This document shows, one piece after another, positions 46,293 to 55,063 of a stretch of 64,000 nt of DNA (position 1 is its first letter; every line of letters begins with the position of its first letter). Location of the stretch: the IMG/VR virus record IMGVR_UViG_3300017605_001488, positions 1 through 64,000 of that record. One strand, 5' to 3'. The notes below the pieces were generated by a model. It saw only the letters and a list, made by a program, of their open reading frames with translations. It did not search any database and was not told the DNA's origin. Source of the stretch: a virus. Both the position numbers and the translations under genes were made by a program.

Positions 46293-47746
46293 CACCAGAC
46301 CCACTCCCCCGCGTACACCTTGTTGGCCAGATCGTCGTTCATCAGCTTGGCGGCTTCCTGCACCGACGCGATGAGTCGCGCCTGGTGCTCGATGGTCAAC
46401 ACCCCGGACACGCACGCACTGATCTGCTCGTCGGTCGCGTCACCCGGCAACGTGCGCAACGCGCGGTCGAGACGCGCCTGTCGTTGCATCAGCTCCCGCC
46501 CCGCGTCCGAATGCAACACACGCCCACCGCTGTAGTCGCTCGACACGGAACGAAACCACCCGCGCCGCTCCTCGATGCGCTTCGGCGAGAACGCCCACGG
46601 GATGGGCATGGCTCCCTTGTTCTCGTGCTCGAGCCACACGTCCATCGAGAACGCACACCACGCCGCCGGCGCGATGTCGTGCGCGATGAACACCTCGGCG
46701 GCCTTCACCAACAACCCGAAGTGCTTGCTTTGGGTGATGTGCCCGGCACGTTCCGACCGGAACGACCAACACCGCTTCTTCGTACGAGCCTCGACGGCAC
46801 CTTCGAACCACCGTTGGAGCAAGTACGCCTTGCGTCCGGGGATGTCGGCGGGGTCGAGCAACGGTGGGTTTGGGATCATCACGGGGGCAAGGTTCAGCAC
46901 GGACACGGGACGCGGCACGAGCGGGTGCCGTTCACCCAACGCGACGGGATGCAACCGAATCGGGGCAACGTTCCCGCCGAGCGAAGCCTCGACGGTGTCG
47001 TCCTTACGCGCGAGCTCGGTAGCTTGCCGGATGACGGCCGCATGGTCGCGACGAGCCGGACGGTCGGGGGGTCGGGGCATCGATGTCGTCCTCTCCCCCG
47101 AAGGGGGAAAACGCGGCGCGCAGTCGCCGCCTTCATTCTCCGAAGGAGAATGAACGAGACCAAGAGACTGAGAATGTAAGAAAGCTGGGGGTGCGTTTGA
47201 TTTCCGGTCGGGGGTGTCTTTGAATTCCCCCGGGGGTGCCTTTGATTTCGACCCCACGGGCCGTCCGGCACCCGCGCGGGCACCGCCGCGCTTCTCCGCG
47301 TTGAGCCACACCAACGTCGTCCGTGGGATGGCACACCGTCCGCTCGCGACGACGTACGGCGGGCACCCGAGCACGCGTCGCACGTACATGAGTTCTTCCC
47401 CGTGCCGCGTCGACACCCGCCGCCATCCAACGGGCACGACCAACCCCGCCCGCACGAGCCGGTCGATGGCGTCCTTCGCCATCGCGTACTTGATGCCGTT
47501 CCGCTCGAGGTCAGACCGTTGCATGAGCAGTACGCCAGTGCGCGGTTCGCGTCGGGCGCACATCAACGTCCACACGAGGTAGGTCGTGTTCCCCAACCGG
47601 CGCATCAACCGCGCCCGATCGACGCTCATGCTGCCGGCGACCACGCGCGCCAACGACGGCGGGATTGCTGCCGATCGCGCGTCGGGGGGCACTCCGCCCT
47701 GCGGCTGCCGAGTCGGCGCCGCTTGTGACTTCGCCGGTGCGTTCAC
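46292..47746 (-). CDS. Putative replication initiator (contains an internal origin-like repeat array)
   Basis: N-terminal wHTH-like segment (AIDRLVRAGLV), RGGARAGAGRP motif, coupled to helicase-primase, internal iterons. Confidence 0.6.
   Translation of the reverse strand: MNAPAKSQAAPTRQPQGGVPPDARSAAIPPSLARVVAGSMSVDRARLMRRLGNTTYLVWTLMCARREPRTGVLLMQRSDLERNGIKYAMAKDAIDRLVRAGLVVPVGWRRVSTRHGEELMYVRRVLGCPPYVVASGRCAIPRTTLVWLNAEKRGGARAGAGRPVGSKSKAPPGEFKDTPDRKSNAPPAFLHSQSLGLVHSPSENEGGDCAPRFPPSGERTTSMPRPPDRPARRDHAAVIRQATELARKDDTVEASLGGNVAPIRLHPVALGERHPLVPRPVSVLNLAPVMIPNPPLLDPADIPGRKAYLLQRWFEGAVEARTKKRCWSFRSERAGHITQSKHFGLLVKAAEVFIAHDIAPAAWCAFSMDVWLEHENKGAMPIPWAFSPKRIEERRGWFRSVSSDYSGGRVLHSDAGRELMQRQARLDRALRTLPGDATDEQISACVSGVLTIEHQARLIASVQEAAKLMNDDLANKVYAGEWVW
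47094..47250. repeat. Putative replication origin: 3 iterons plus 2 GAA-triloop hairpins
   Basis: GGGGGTGyvTTTGAwTTCs at 47187, 47210, 47232; TCCCCC-GAA-GGGGGA (47094-47108); TTCATTCTCC-GAA-GGAGAATGAA (47132-47154). Confidence 0.75.
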
Positions 47747-47753
47747 CGGGGAC

Positions 47754-47884
47754 TCGTGTGCTGAAGAAGCGCTCGCAGGGTGCGCTGGAACGCCGGGTGG
47801 TGAGTTCGACTAACGTGCGGTTCGGACGAACACCGCACCGTCACTCGCCCACGCCGTCCCGGCGAACGCTTCCTCAGTACACGA
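47754..47884. other. Long imperfect hairpin in the leader of the initiator-helicase-primase operon
   Basis: Nested pairs TCGTGTGCTGA/TCAGTACACGA, GAAGCG/CGCTTC, CGCCGGG/CCCGGCG, GTGCGGT/ACCGCAC. Confidence 0.65.
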
Positions 47885-48067
47885 ACATGTCCGGATGATT
47901 GCACGGGGCGGTCCGATCTGCCAAGCGGGCGGTGCGGCGGGTTTCCAGTCCCGTCGCGGTGCTCGACATGGGGCACTATGCATCAGCCTAACCCCGCAGC
48001 GCAACCGTCGCGAAACCAGCGGCTTTTCCCGATGAACGTGCGTGCACGCATGAACACGCGCCCGGTG

Positions 48068-49561
48068 TCAAGGCCACTTTTCGATCGTGGTCGTATGCCC
48101 CTCGCCGAGGTAGGCATCGCGCCGCTCCTTCGTGTGGTGCTCGAGCCACTTGCACCCCGGGTGGATTCCGAACCCTTCGTGGCCCATGAGCTTCGCGGCC
48201 TCGCGGCAACCGCACCCGGTGTCGGCGATGTCGAACACCTCGAACGTGTTCTTGATGACGTTCCCCGCGGCGTCCTTCTCGACACGCATGCCGCGACCGA
48301 TTCGCTGCAACGTGGCGATGACGGACTTGCCGCCGCTCGCAACGACCACCGATCGCAGCTCGGGCACGTCCATGCCTTCTTGAAACACGACCGAGCACAC
48401 GATCACATCGAGTCGCCCGGCGACGAGGTCGCGCACCTGGCGCTGCCGCTGCTCGGTGTTGTGCGTGCCCCACACGAACGCCGCGCGCAGCCCGGCATTC
48501 CACAACGCGCGCTCGATGGCCTTGCCGTGCTTGACTTCCTTGACGAACACGAACGCCGGCTTCTCGGCCTTGAGCGCCGCCTGGACCACGACCTTGTTGC
48601 GGTGCGCACTGCCGACGATGGCCTCGCGGTATACCGCGGCCCACGTACGCGCGTCGCTGCGTTGCGGGACTTCGACCATGCGAATGTGTGGCTTCGCGAG
48701 CACACCGCCATCAATGAGCTCCGACGTGCGGGTACGGTGAATGATCGGGCCGAGCGTCGCGATGGCCAACATCGATCGGCGGTCACCGCGCGCGAGCGGC
48801 GTGCCCGACAACCCCACGCGGTAGTACGCCCGCTGAAGGTTGTGCACGACCGACCAGAACGAATCTGCTGGCAATACGTGGCACTCGTCGACGATGACGG
48901 CCTCGACCTCGTTGAGCAGGTTGAACGCGCGCTGGTCACCGCGCTTGAGGGCGGCGGCGATGGTTTGGAACGTTGCGCACGTGAACCGGTCACCGACGGA
49001 CCATTCGCCCTCGCCGATGCGCCCGACCATCTTGCCGGTCAACCGGTGCATCGCCTCCTCGGCCGCGGTGAACATCGACCCGTCGAGCGCGCGCTGCTCG
49101 TAGCGCCGCGCCGCCTGGTCCATCAACGTCGACCGGTGCACAACGAACAACGTCTTGCACCCCCACACGCGCACGCATCCGACGGCGAGCTCCGTTTTCC
49201 CCGCGCCGGTCGGCTCCCACAAGATGCCCACGTCGTGCTTCACCACGGTACGCACGGCGCCGTCCTGGTAGTCGCGCAGCCACGCAAGGTCCGCGTTCGG
49301 ATCGAACCCCGGCGGGCGCACGCGCTTGTCGACGATCTCGACCTGCATGCCCTCCTCGCGTGCGGCATCCACGACCATCGGCACGAACCCCGACGGGAAC
49401 GCGTCCGTCAGGATGTTGTACATTTGGATCTGCTTGCGGGATGACCGCCGGTGGTGCGCGGTCGGATCGGGGAACGCTAGGTACTCGCGCACGAACCGCC
49501 GTTCGTCGTCGGTGCCCCGAATCACGCGGCTGTTGAGGATGTGCCGTTCGATCCACATCAC
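48068..49561 (-). CDS. SF2 DEAD/DEAH helicase (UvsW/XPB-like)
   Basis: PTGAGKT, DECH, SGT, EGMDVP, QRIGRGMR. Confidence 0.92.
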   Translation of the reverse strand: MMWIERHILNSRVIRGTDDERRFVREYLAFPDPTAHHRRSSRKQIQMYNILTDAFPSGFVPMVVDAAREEGMQVEIVDKRVRPPGFDPNADLAWLRDYQDGAVRTVVKHDVGILWEPTGAGKTELAVGCVRVWGCKTLFVVHRSTLMDQAARRYEQRALDGSMFTAAEEAMHRLTGKMVGRIGEGEWSVGDRFTCATFQTIAAALKRGDQRAFNLLNEVEAVIVDECHVLPADSFWSVVHNLQRAYYRVGLSGTPLARGDRRSMLAIATLGPIIHRTRTSELIDGGVLAKPHIRMVEVPQRSDARTWAAVYREAIVGSAHRNKVVVQAALKAEKPAFVFVKEVKHGKAIERALWNAGLRAAFVWGTHNTEQRQRQVRDLVAGRLDVIVCSVVFQEGMDVPELRSVVVASGGKSVIATLQRIGRGMRVEKDAAGNVIKNTFEVFDIADTGCGCREAAKLMGHEGFGIHPGCKWLEHHTKERRDAYLGEGHTTTIEKWP

Positions 49562-49839
49562 CGCCCCGCGGCGCTTTCCTTCATCAGCTTCTTACCTTCG
49601 GCAATGAACGCCTCGCGCTTCTTCTCGCACAGCGCAGCCATGGTCTCGTTCCCGTCGTTGCGGAAGTACGCGGCGGCGGACTTCATGTCGACATACAGTG
49701 CGCGCCCGTCGCGCGTGCCGTCGATGTGCCCGTCGTTGACGAGCCGGTGGATGGTGGACAGGGACTTGATGAGCACCTTCGCCACCTCGGCCGCCGGGCC
49801 AAATCCCTTCTCCAACATCATCGGGTTCCGTGCGTACAT
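49558..49839 (-). CDS. Excisionase/MerR-like HTH DNA-binding protein
   Basis: AAEVAKVL-x-KSLSTIHRLVNDG; AGGAGG RBS. Confidence 0.7.
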   Translation of the reverse strand: MYARNPMMLEKGFGPAAEVAKVLIKSLSTIHRLVNDGHIDGTRDGRALYVDMKSAAAYFRNDGNETMAALCEKKREAFIAEGKKLMKESAAGR

Positions 49840-49849
49840 CGCTAACCTC

Positions 49850-50569
49850 CTACGCGCCATCGATCAGCCGCATCAATCCCACGGCGAGGTCGGCCCCTTT
49901 GCCGCCGCCCGCCTTGCGCAACGCCCGCTTCACCCGTGCGAGGTCTGCTCGTGTCCCGAACGTGAGTTCGAGCACGAACGGCTTGATGGGTGCATCGGAG
50001 TCGTCGGGCACCGCGCCCATCTCGGGCGTGATGTCCAACGACGCGTCGACGGTGGTCTTGACGAGGTCGGCGATCTCGCTCGGGGAAAACCCGGTCAAGC
50101 TCAGGTCCTCGATCGACCACCCATCCGCGTGCATGTCCGCCAACGTCGACGCCACCGCCGACAGGTCGAGCTCGCCGCGTAGTCGGTTCATTCCGATTTG
50201 GGCGATGCGTGCCTGTTCGGCATCCATGCCCACGACGACGCACGGCAACTCCGTCATCCCGTTGGCCTCGGCCGCACGCACGCGGTGCCATCCGTCGACG
50301 ATGACGAACTTGCTGGCGAGCCGCATCGTCGCCTCGACGGCGGCACGGAACTCCTCGATGGTGCACGACCCCTGCTCGGGGAGCTCGATCGTCTCCTCGC
50401 CCTCGTCGATGGGTCGGACGAGCACCGGTTGCACGAACCCGATGCGCAACATCGCCGCTTGCAGCGTGTCGCGCTTCTCCTGGTCCATGCGATTCGGGTT
50501 CTCGGGCGGGTCCGCCAGCCGCGAGATCGGAATGCTGATGATTCGGGCGCTTTCGTAGCTATCGAACAT
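49850..50569 (-). CDS. ParB/Srx N-terminal domain protein (second)
   Basis: NPNRM, GFVQPVLV, IVDGWHRVRAA, MNRLRG. Confidence 0.88.
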   Translation of the reverse strand: MFDSYESARIISIPISRLADPPENPNRMDQEKRDTLQAAMLRIGFVQPVLVRPIDEGEETIELPEQGSCTIEEFRAAVEATMRLASKFVIVDGWHRVRAAEANGMTELPCVVVGMDAEQARIAQIGMNRLRGELDLSAVASTLADMHADGWSIEDLSLTGFSPSEIADLVKTTVDASLDITPEMGAVPDDSDAPIKPFVLELTFGTRADLARVKRALRKAGGGKGADLAVGLMRLIDGA

Positions 50570-50579
50570 GGCGGTGATA

Positions 50580-51176
50580 CTAGCCCCTTCTCGCCCGGGC
50601 GAGATCCCAAAGCGTCCCGTCCTGCACCACACGTGATCGGAGCCGTGCCGTCATCGCGTGCACCGCCGGCGGTGCGATGCCGAGCAACGTGGCGACCTCG
50701 CGCGGCGTCGTCTCCTCGAGCAGCACCGGCACGACGGGAATCAACCCCTCGACGCGGGCGACATCGATCAACCGTGCGCGCACACGTTCGCGCCATTGCT
50801 TCTCCTCGACCGCCGCGAATTGCCCCGGACCCTGGTCGACGAGGTGCACCGACCGCTGCTCCGTTTCGTCGCACCCGTCATCGCCTGCGATGCCGGTACG
50901 GTGCAACCCTCGGTACGACTTTTCGGGGCGGTGCTTGCCGCCGCTGACGGGCGCGGACATCGACCAGAGGAACCGCCGCACGGCCAACACCACCGCCGTC
51001 CAGAAGTAGCCTTCGGGCTCGTCACCCGCGCCGGCCACGTACGTGTGTCGCGCCTCGGCGCACGCGACGTGTCCGACCTGGCGCAGCTCCGCCGGCTCCG
51101 CCCACCAACACCGTCGGGAGTAGCGGCTCGTGACCTTGCGCACGATCTCGATTTCGGCTTCTACGCTAATCGGCAT
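50580..51176 (-). CDS. Divergent sigma-70-like factor
   Basis: Region-2-like ELRQVG...A...Y...YFW; C-terminal HTH TPREVATLLG. Confidence 0.6.
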   Translation of the reverse strand: MPISVEAEIEIVRKVTSRYSRRCWWAEPAELRQVGHVACAEARHTYVAGAGDEPEGYFWTAVVLAVRRFLWSMSAPVSGGKHRPEKSYRGLHRTGIAGDDGCDETEQRSVHLVDQGPGQFAAVEEKQWRERVRARLIDVARVEGLIPVVPVLLEETTPREVATLLGIAPPAVHAMTARLRSRVVQDGTLWDLARARRG

Positions 51177-51657
51177 GGGATGCTCCCTCGTTTTTCTTCA
51201 ACAACATGGCGCGCTGTGCTTGAGCGACGACGGCGGGCGGTCCGTACAGGACCATGCCATCGGGCCTTCGCAAGATGACGAGCACGCGTTTCGACAGCAT
51301 CTGAATCAGGTGGAACCCGTCGCCGGTCGTGGCGGCACCGGGCCACACCTCGTAGGCAACCGCCGCCTGACGGACGCCCTGCCCATCGGCAACGAACACG
51401 TCGCTTGCTGCGGTCGCCGAGAACATCAACCCACATCGGTCGGGGCGGTGCATCGCATCGATGAGCCCCTGCAACCACAAGCACTCAAAGTCGCGGCACC
51501 CCTTCGGGCGCTCGTCGTAGATGCCGCACAGCCGCTTGTGTCCGACATCGATGAGGTGATCGCACGTGCCCCATCGCTCCTTCCGGACGGGTTCGACCGC
51601 GAGTCCGGTGCCTTGACAGCACGCCGTACACGTTCCGCACTTCCTAGGCTTCGGCAT
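51166..51657 (-). CDS. CxxCxxCC (YkgJ-like) metal-cluster protein
   Basis: CGTCTACC, CDHL, CGIYDERPKGCRDFEC. Confidence 0.8.
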   Translation of the reverse strand: MPKPRKCGTCTACCQGTGLAVEPVRKERWGTCDHLIDVGHKRLCGIYDERPKGCRDFECLWLQGLIDAMHRPDRCGLMFSATAASDVFVADGQGVRQAAVAYEVWPGAATTGDGFHLIQMLSKRVLVILRRPDGMVLYGPPAVVAQAQRAMLLKKNEGASHAD

Positions 51658-52474
51658 CGTCATCCTCCGCGAGTGGTGACTCCACGCCGCCGGTCCACCA
51701 CGCGAGCGCGCGGTCGAACTCCGATTCGGCTTCTATCTGCTGCTTTTCTACTCGTCGCGGGTTCTCGATGATGCCCGCGGCCTTGATGTCATCGTTGACG
51801 GTCTCGCGGTCGGTGCGGATGCCGTCGGCTTTCTGGGCATCGCGCTCCGGCTTCTTTCCGTCGTAGTACTTCACGCGCGAGCCCAACTTCTTGAGCTCCT
51901 TGTCGAGCGCCTTCTTCTGCTTGAGCAGGTCCCGGTACGCCGTGCGCGCCTCGCGTTCGTCCTTGTCGGCACGTTCGCGCGCCAACCGCTTGCGGCGTTC
52001 GCCGGCGGTCTCGATGAGCAACGCGATGGGGAGTTCCCCGTCACCGAGCCGACCGGTCGCCTCGACGGTGTTGCGGAAGTCGGCATCGTTCGCCGCGCGT
52101 CGGATGGCGTCGTGCATGCGGTACAGCGGCGCGTAGTTCGCGAGCAGGTAGATCCAGCTCGTCGGCGCCCACACACCGCCCGACGGCGCACGCGTGGTGC
52201 GCATGCCGGGGATGGCCACTCCCTGCGCTTCCGCCCAATCGAGCAAGCACGACCGTCCGCGCATGTGTCGGGGCATCGCATGCAACACGATGGACCGCGA
52301 ACAGTGCGGGCACGTCGTGCGGTGAAGCGGTCGCGTCTTGTTACGCTCCTTCAGCGTCTTACTGATCTGCGCGTTGCGCACGTTGAGGCGCGACAACGAC
52401 GACACGACGGTCGGCGTGGGTGCCGGCGCGGGACCCGCGTGGATTTGGATCGGTCCCGTGGTCGATTGCATCAC
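51644..52474 (-). CDS. C2HC zinc finger plus PxW...RLG module plus coiled coil
   Basis: CPHC-x11-H-x5-C; APTSW...RRAANDADFRNTVEATGRLG. Confidence 0.65.
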   Translation of the reverse strand: MMQSTTGPIQIHAGPAPAPTPTVVSSLSRLNVRNAQISKTLKERNKTRPLHRTTCPHCSRSIVLHAMPRHMRGRSCLLDWAEAQGVAIPGMRTTRAPSGGVWAPTSWIYLLANYAPLYRMHDAIRRAANDADFRNTVEATGRLGDGELPIALLIETAGERRKRLARERADKDEREARTAYRDLLKQKKALDKELKKLGSRVKYYDGKKPERDAQKADGIRTDRETVNDDIKAAGIIENPRRVEKQQIEAESEFDRALAWWTGGVESPLAEDDDAEA

Positions 52475-52689
52475 GGGCACGGCGGGACCTCGTCGCGCTC
52501 GATGCCCATGGTGCCGTCACACGTCGGACAGTTGCGCATCTCGACGGTGTCGATGTGACCGAGGATGGGCAACGCGTGCCATTGGGCGAGCGTGAACACA
52601 CGCCCGCAACACGTGCACTTCTTGAATGCACCGCCCGCCCGGGCGAGCTCGAGCTCGCCCGGGATGGAACGAAGGCGGAGTGCAACCAT
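52471..52689 (-). CDS. Small zinc-ribbon protein
   Basis: CTCCGR...W...EMRNCPTC. Confidence 0.55.
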   Translation of the reverse strand: MVALRLRSIPGELELARAGGAFKKCTCCGRVFTLAQWHALPILGHIDTVEMRNCPTCDGTMGIERDEVPPCP

Positions 52690-53561
52690 CACAGCACCAA
52701 CCCGGGTGCGGCGGACATGTCGATCGGATTGAGCTTGAGGATCGCGGTGGTGAGCTGGGCGCGCAGGTCGTCGATGCCCGCGTGCAGGGTCTCGAGCTTC
52801 CGTCCCATCAGGTCCTCGTACGCTTCGACCTTCGCCTTGATGTCGTCCATCGTCTCGACGCGGTGTTCGAGCGCGCGTTTGCCGAGCGACGCGTCCGTGA
52901 GCTCTCGTTCGAGCACGTCGGCGGCGCGCTTCGCTTCTTGCGTGATGGCCTCGGTGAGCGCGTCCATCGCTTCGCCCGACCGCATCGCGGGCACACACGA
53001 GATCACGTGCGGTGATGCTTCACGCAACGCCTTGAGCATGCGATCCCACATCGGGACGGCGAACCGCGGCACGAAGTAGATGCCGCCCGTGTCACGCAAC
53101 CCGACCGCCGAGCACTTCGGCATCATCTCGACGAGCCACGCGGACACGTCGGCCTGAATGATGTTCGACAGGTAGTGCGTGAACCGCGCGCGCAGCGTCT
53201 CCGCCTGTTCGTGGTCGTCGGGTTCGATGCCCAACCGACCCACCTCGTTGATGGAGACCTTGATGTCGGTCTCGTACACGAGGTCGTCCCCATCGATCGA
53301 TTCGTGTTCGTTCACGACGAGCCACGTGCCCGTCTTCAACCGACGGGTGAGCCGGTGCGCGCCGCGCTGTTCCGCGACCGCGCGTTGCATCGCGACCGTC
53401 GGGGTCGGGTCGTTCGGCAGCCACTCCTCGTCGAGGTTGTTGTTGGCCCACGCCGTGCGCAGCCGGCCGATGTCCATGCCGCCCACAAGCCTCCACCACA
53501 CAATCACGCCTGCGGTGTCGACGTTTTCCATCACCGCAATCAAACCGTGGTCGTTCGCCAT
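52689..53561 (-). CDS. Conserved-type phage protein (DUF3150/DUF6744-like, tentative)
   Basis: GVIVWW N-terminus, GGIYFVP motif, coiled-coil C-terminus; AAGGAGG RBS. Confidence 0.55.
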   Translation of the reverse strand: MANDHGLIAVMENVDTAGVIVWWRLVGGMDIGRLRTAWANNNLDEEWLPNDPTPTVAMQRAVAEQRGAHRLTRRLKTGTWLVVNEHESIDGDDLVYETDIKVSINEVGRLGIEPDDHEQAETLRARFTHYLSNIIQADVSAWLVEMMPKCSAVGLRDTGGIYFVPRFAVPMWDRMLKALREASPHVISCVPAMRSGEAMDALTEAITQEAKRAADVLERELTDASLGKRALEHRVETMDDIKAKVEAYEDLMGRKLETLHAGIDDLRAQLTTAILKLNPIDMSAAPGLVL

Positions 53562-53620
53562 GTCGCGCCTCCTTGGCAGTCGACACCACGCGCGCACGAG
53601 CGTCGGGTGTCGACCTGCCC

Positions 53621-53653
53621 ATCATACGCATGATTGCACTGATTGCAAGCATG
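53621..53653 (-). promoter_or_regulatory. Conserved phage promoter/operator motif, copy 3
   Basis: Minus strand CTTGCAATCAGTGCAATCATGCGTATGAT followed by a 5' hairpin. Confidence 0.8.
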
Positions 53654-53671
53654 CCGGTGCTATCGTTCGTA

Positions 53672-55063
53672 TCAGGACGCTTCGCGGTCGGCGCCTTCGT
53701 TCTCGTACACGATGGTCTCGTGCACCCACGACGGCACGCACTCACGGCGCATGTACCGACCAACCAGCAGCACGATGACGCGCATGCCTCGCGGGCACTG
53801 GTCCGGCCACGGGCCGTCTGCGTCGGTGACGAACACGACGACCTCGGGGCGCGGTTTCATCGCCGACAGCGCCGCGAACCCCGGGCGGAAGTCCGTGCCG
53901 CCGCCGCCCTTGAGCATGCGTGCGACCTCGTGAATCGATCGGACCTTCGCCTTTTCCCCGTGCACGGCCGCGTCGGCGGTGACACACGCGATGTCGGCGC
54001 CGATGGCCTTCATCACGCCTTGCGTTTCGTTGAGCGCGTCCTGCAACGCTTCGGGACCCATCGACCCCGACGTGTCGACCATCACCGCGACGTTCGGCAC
54101 CGGTTGACGTAGTCGCGCGAGGATCGGGTGCCCACCGCCGAACCCGATGCCCGCCTGACGACGTGACGGGCCGTCGTATCGGTGCGTGAACGCGCCCGGA
54201 CGAAACGACACCGCCGTGCGGCACGCGTTCGACAACCGTTGACGCCACGGCACCTTCGGGGGTTCGAGGTTCGCTTCGGCCATGCGCGCCCACGCCTCGG
54301 GGATTTTCCCGCGTCCGGGACCGGATGCCGCTGCACGCACCGCTTCGCTCGCGGCACGCACCACGCGTTCGACCTGAGCGTCGCTGCGTCCATCGGGATC
54401 GTCCGCGCCGGGTTCGTCCTTGCCCGGGTTCGATGCGCATCCACCGCACGCACCGTGACACACCGAACCCTTGCCCTTGCCCGGTTCGCCGCCTTCGCCA
54501 TCGGCGTCGCCGTCCGATTGGCCCGGCCTCTTTCCGCCCGCACCCGGTTGGCCCTTCCCCTTCGCGCCGCCCTTCTGCTTCTGCTGCTTCATCGCGGCGC
54601 GGTAGTACTCGTCGGCGGTGAGCCCGTCGGGCATGCCCAAGTCCTTCGGCCACACACCGCCGTCGTCACCGTCGGGGAGCTCGAGCCCCATTTGCAGAAT
54701 GGGCGGGTTGATGGCGCGGTCACCGGCACGGTTCCACTCGCCGGGGTCGCGACCGTTCAGGCGTTTGCCGTGCTTGTTCCACAGGTGCTGCACTTCGTGG
54801 ATGACGAGCCCGGCCATCTTCCGCGGGGTCTGCCGCACGACGAAGTCCGGGTCGTAGATGAAGATCGCGCGCTCGGTGACGCCGACCGTGCCGAGTCCCC
54901 ACACCTCGCGCATCACGAATGCCATGATGATCGGGCGGAAGTACGGGCACGTCTGCTGCGCGATGATGCGCCCCGCCGCGATGAGCTGGTTGGCCTTCTT
55001 CAAGACCTCCGCAGCATCCTTGCGCGGTTTCGCGTTCTGGTCGATGGTGATCGACACGGACAT
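53672..55063 (-). CDS. DUF2201-type metallopeptidase-like plus VWA domain protein
   Basis: HEVQH-x4-H, D-x-AIN, VDTSGSM MIDAS, GGGGTDF, FVTD. Confidence 0.88.
   Translation of the reverse strand: MSVSITIDQNAKPRKDAAEVLKKANQLIAAGRIIAQQTCPYFRPIIMAFVMREVWGLGTVGVTERAIFIYDPDFVVRQTPRKMAGLVIHEVQHLWNKHGKRLNGRDPGEWNRAGDRAINPPILQMGLELPDGDDGGVWPKDLGMPDGLTADEYYRAAMKQQKQKGGAKGKGQPGAGGKRPGQSDGDADGEGGEPGKGKGSVCHGACGGCASNPGKDEPGADDPDGRSDAQVERVVRAASEAVRAAASGPGRGKIPEAWARMAEANLEPPKVPWRQRLSNACRTAVSFRPGAFTHRYDGPSRRQAGIGFGGGHPILARLRQPVPNVAVMVDTSGSMGPEALQDALNETQGVMKAIGADIACVTADAAVHGEKAKVRSIHEVARMLKGGGGTDFRPGFAALSAMKPRPEVVVFVTDADGPWPDQCPRGMRVIVLLVGRYMRRECVPSWVHETIVYENEGADREAS

Noticed and set aside
49558-49839. Excisionase implying a temperate integration module
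   Set aside because: Only a generic HTH; no integrase, repressor pair or att site seen.
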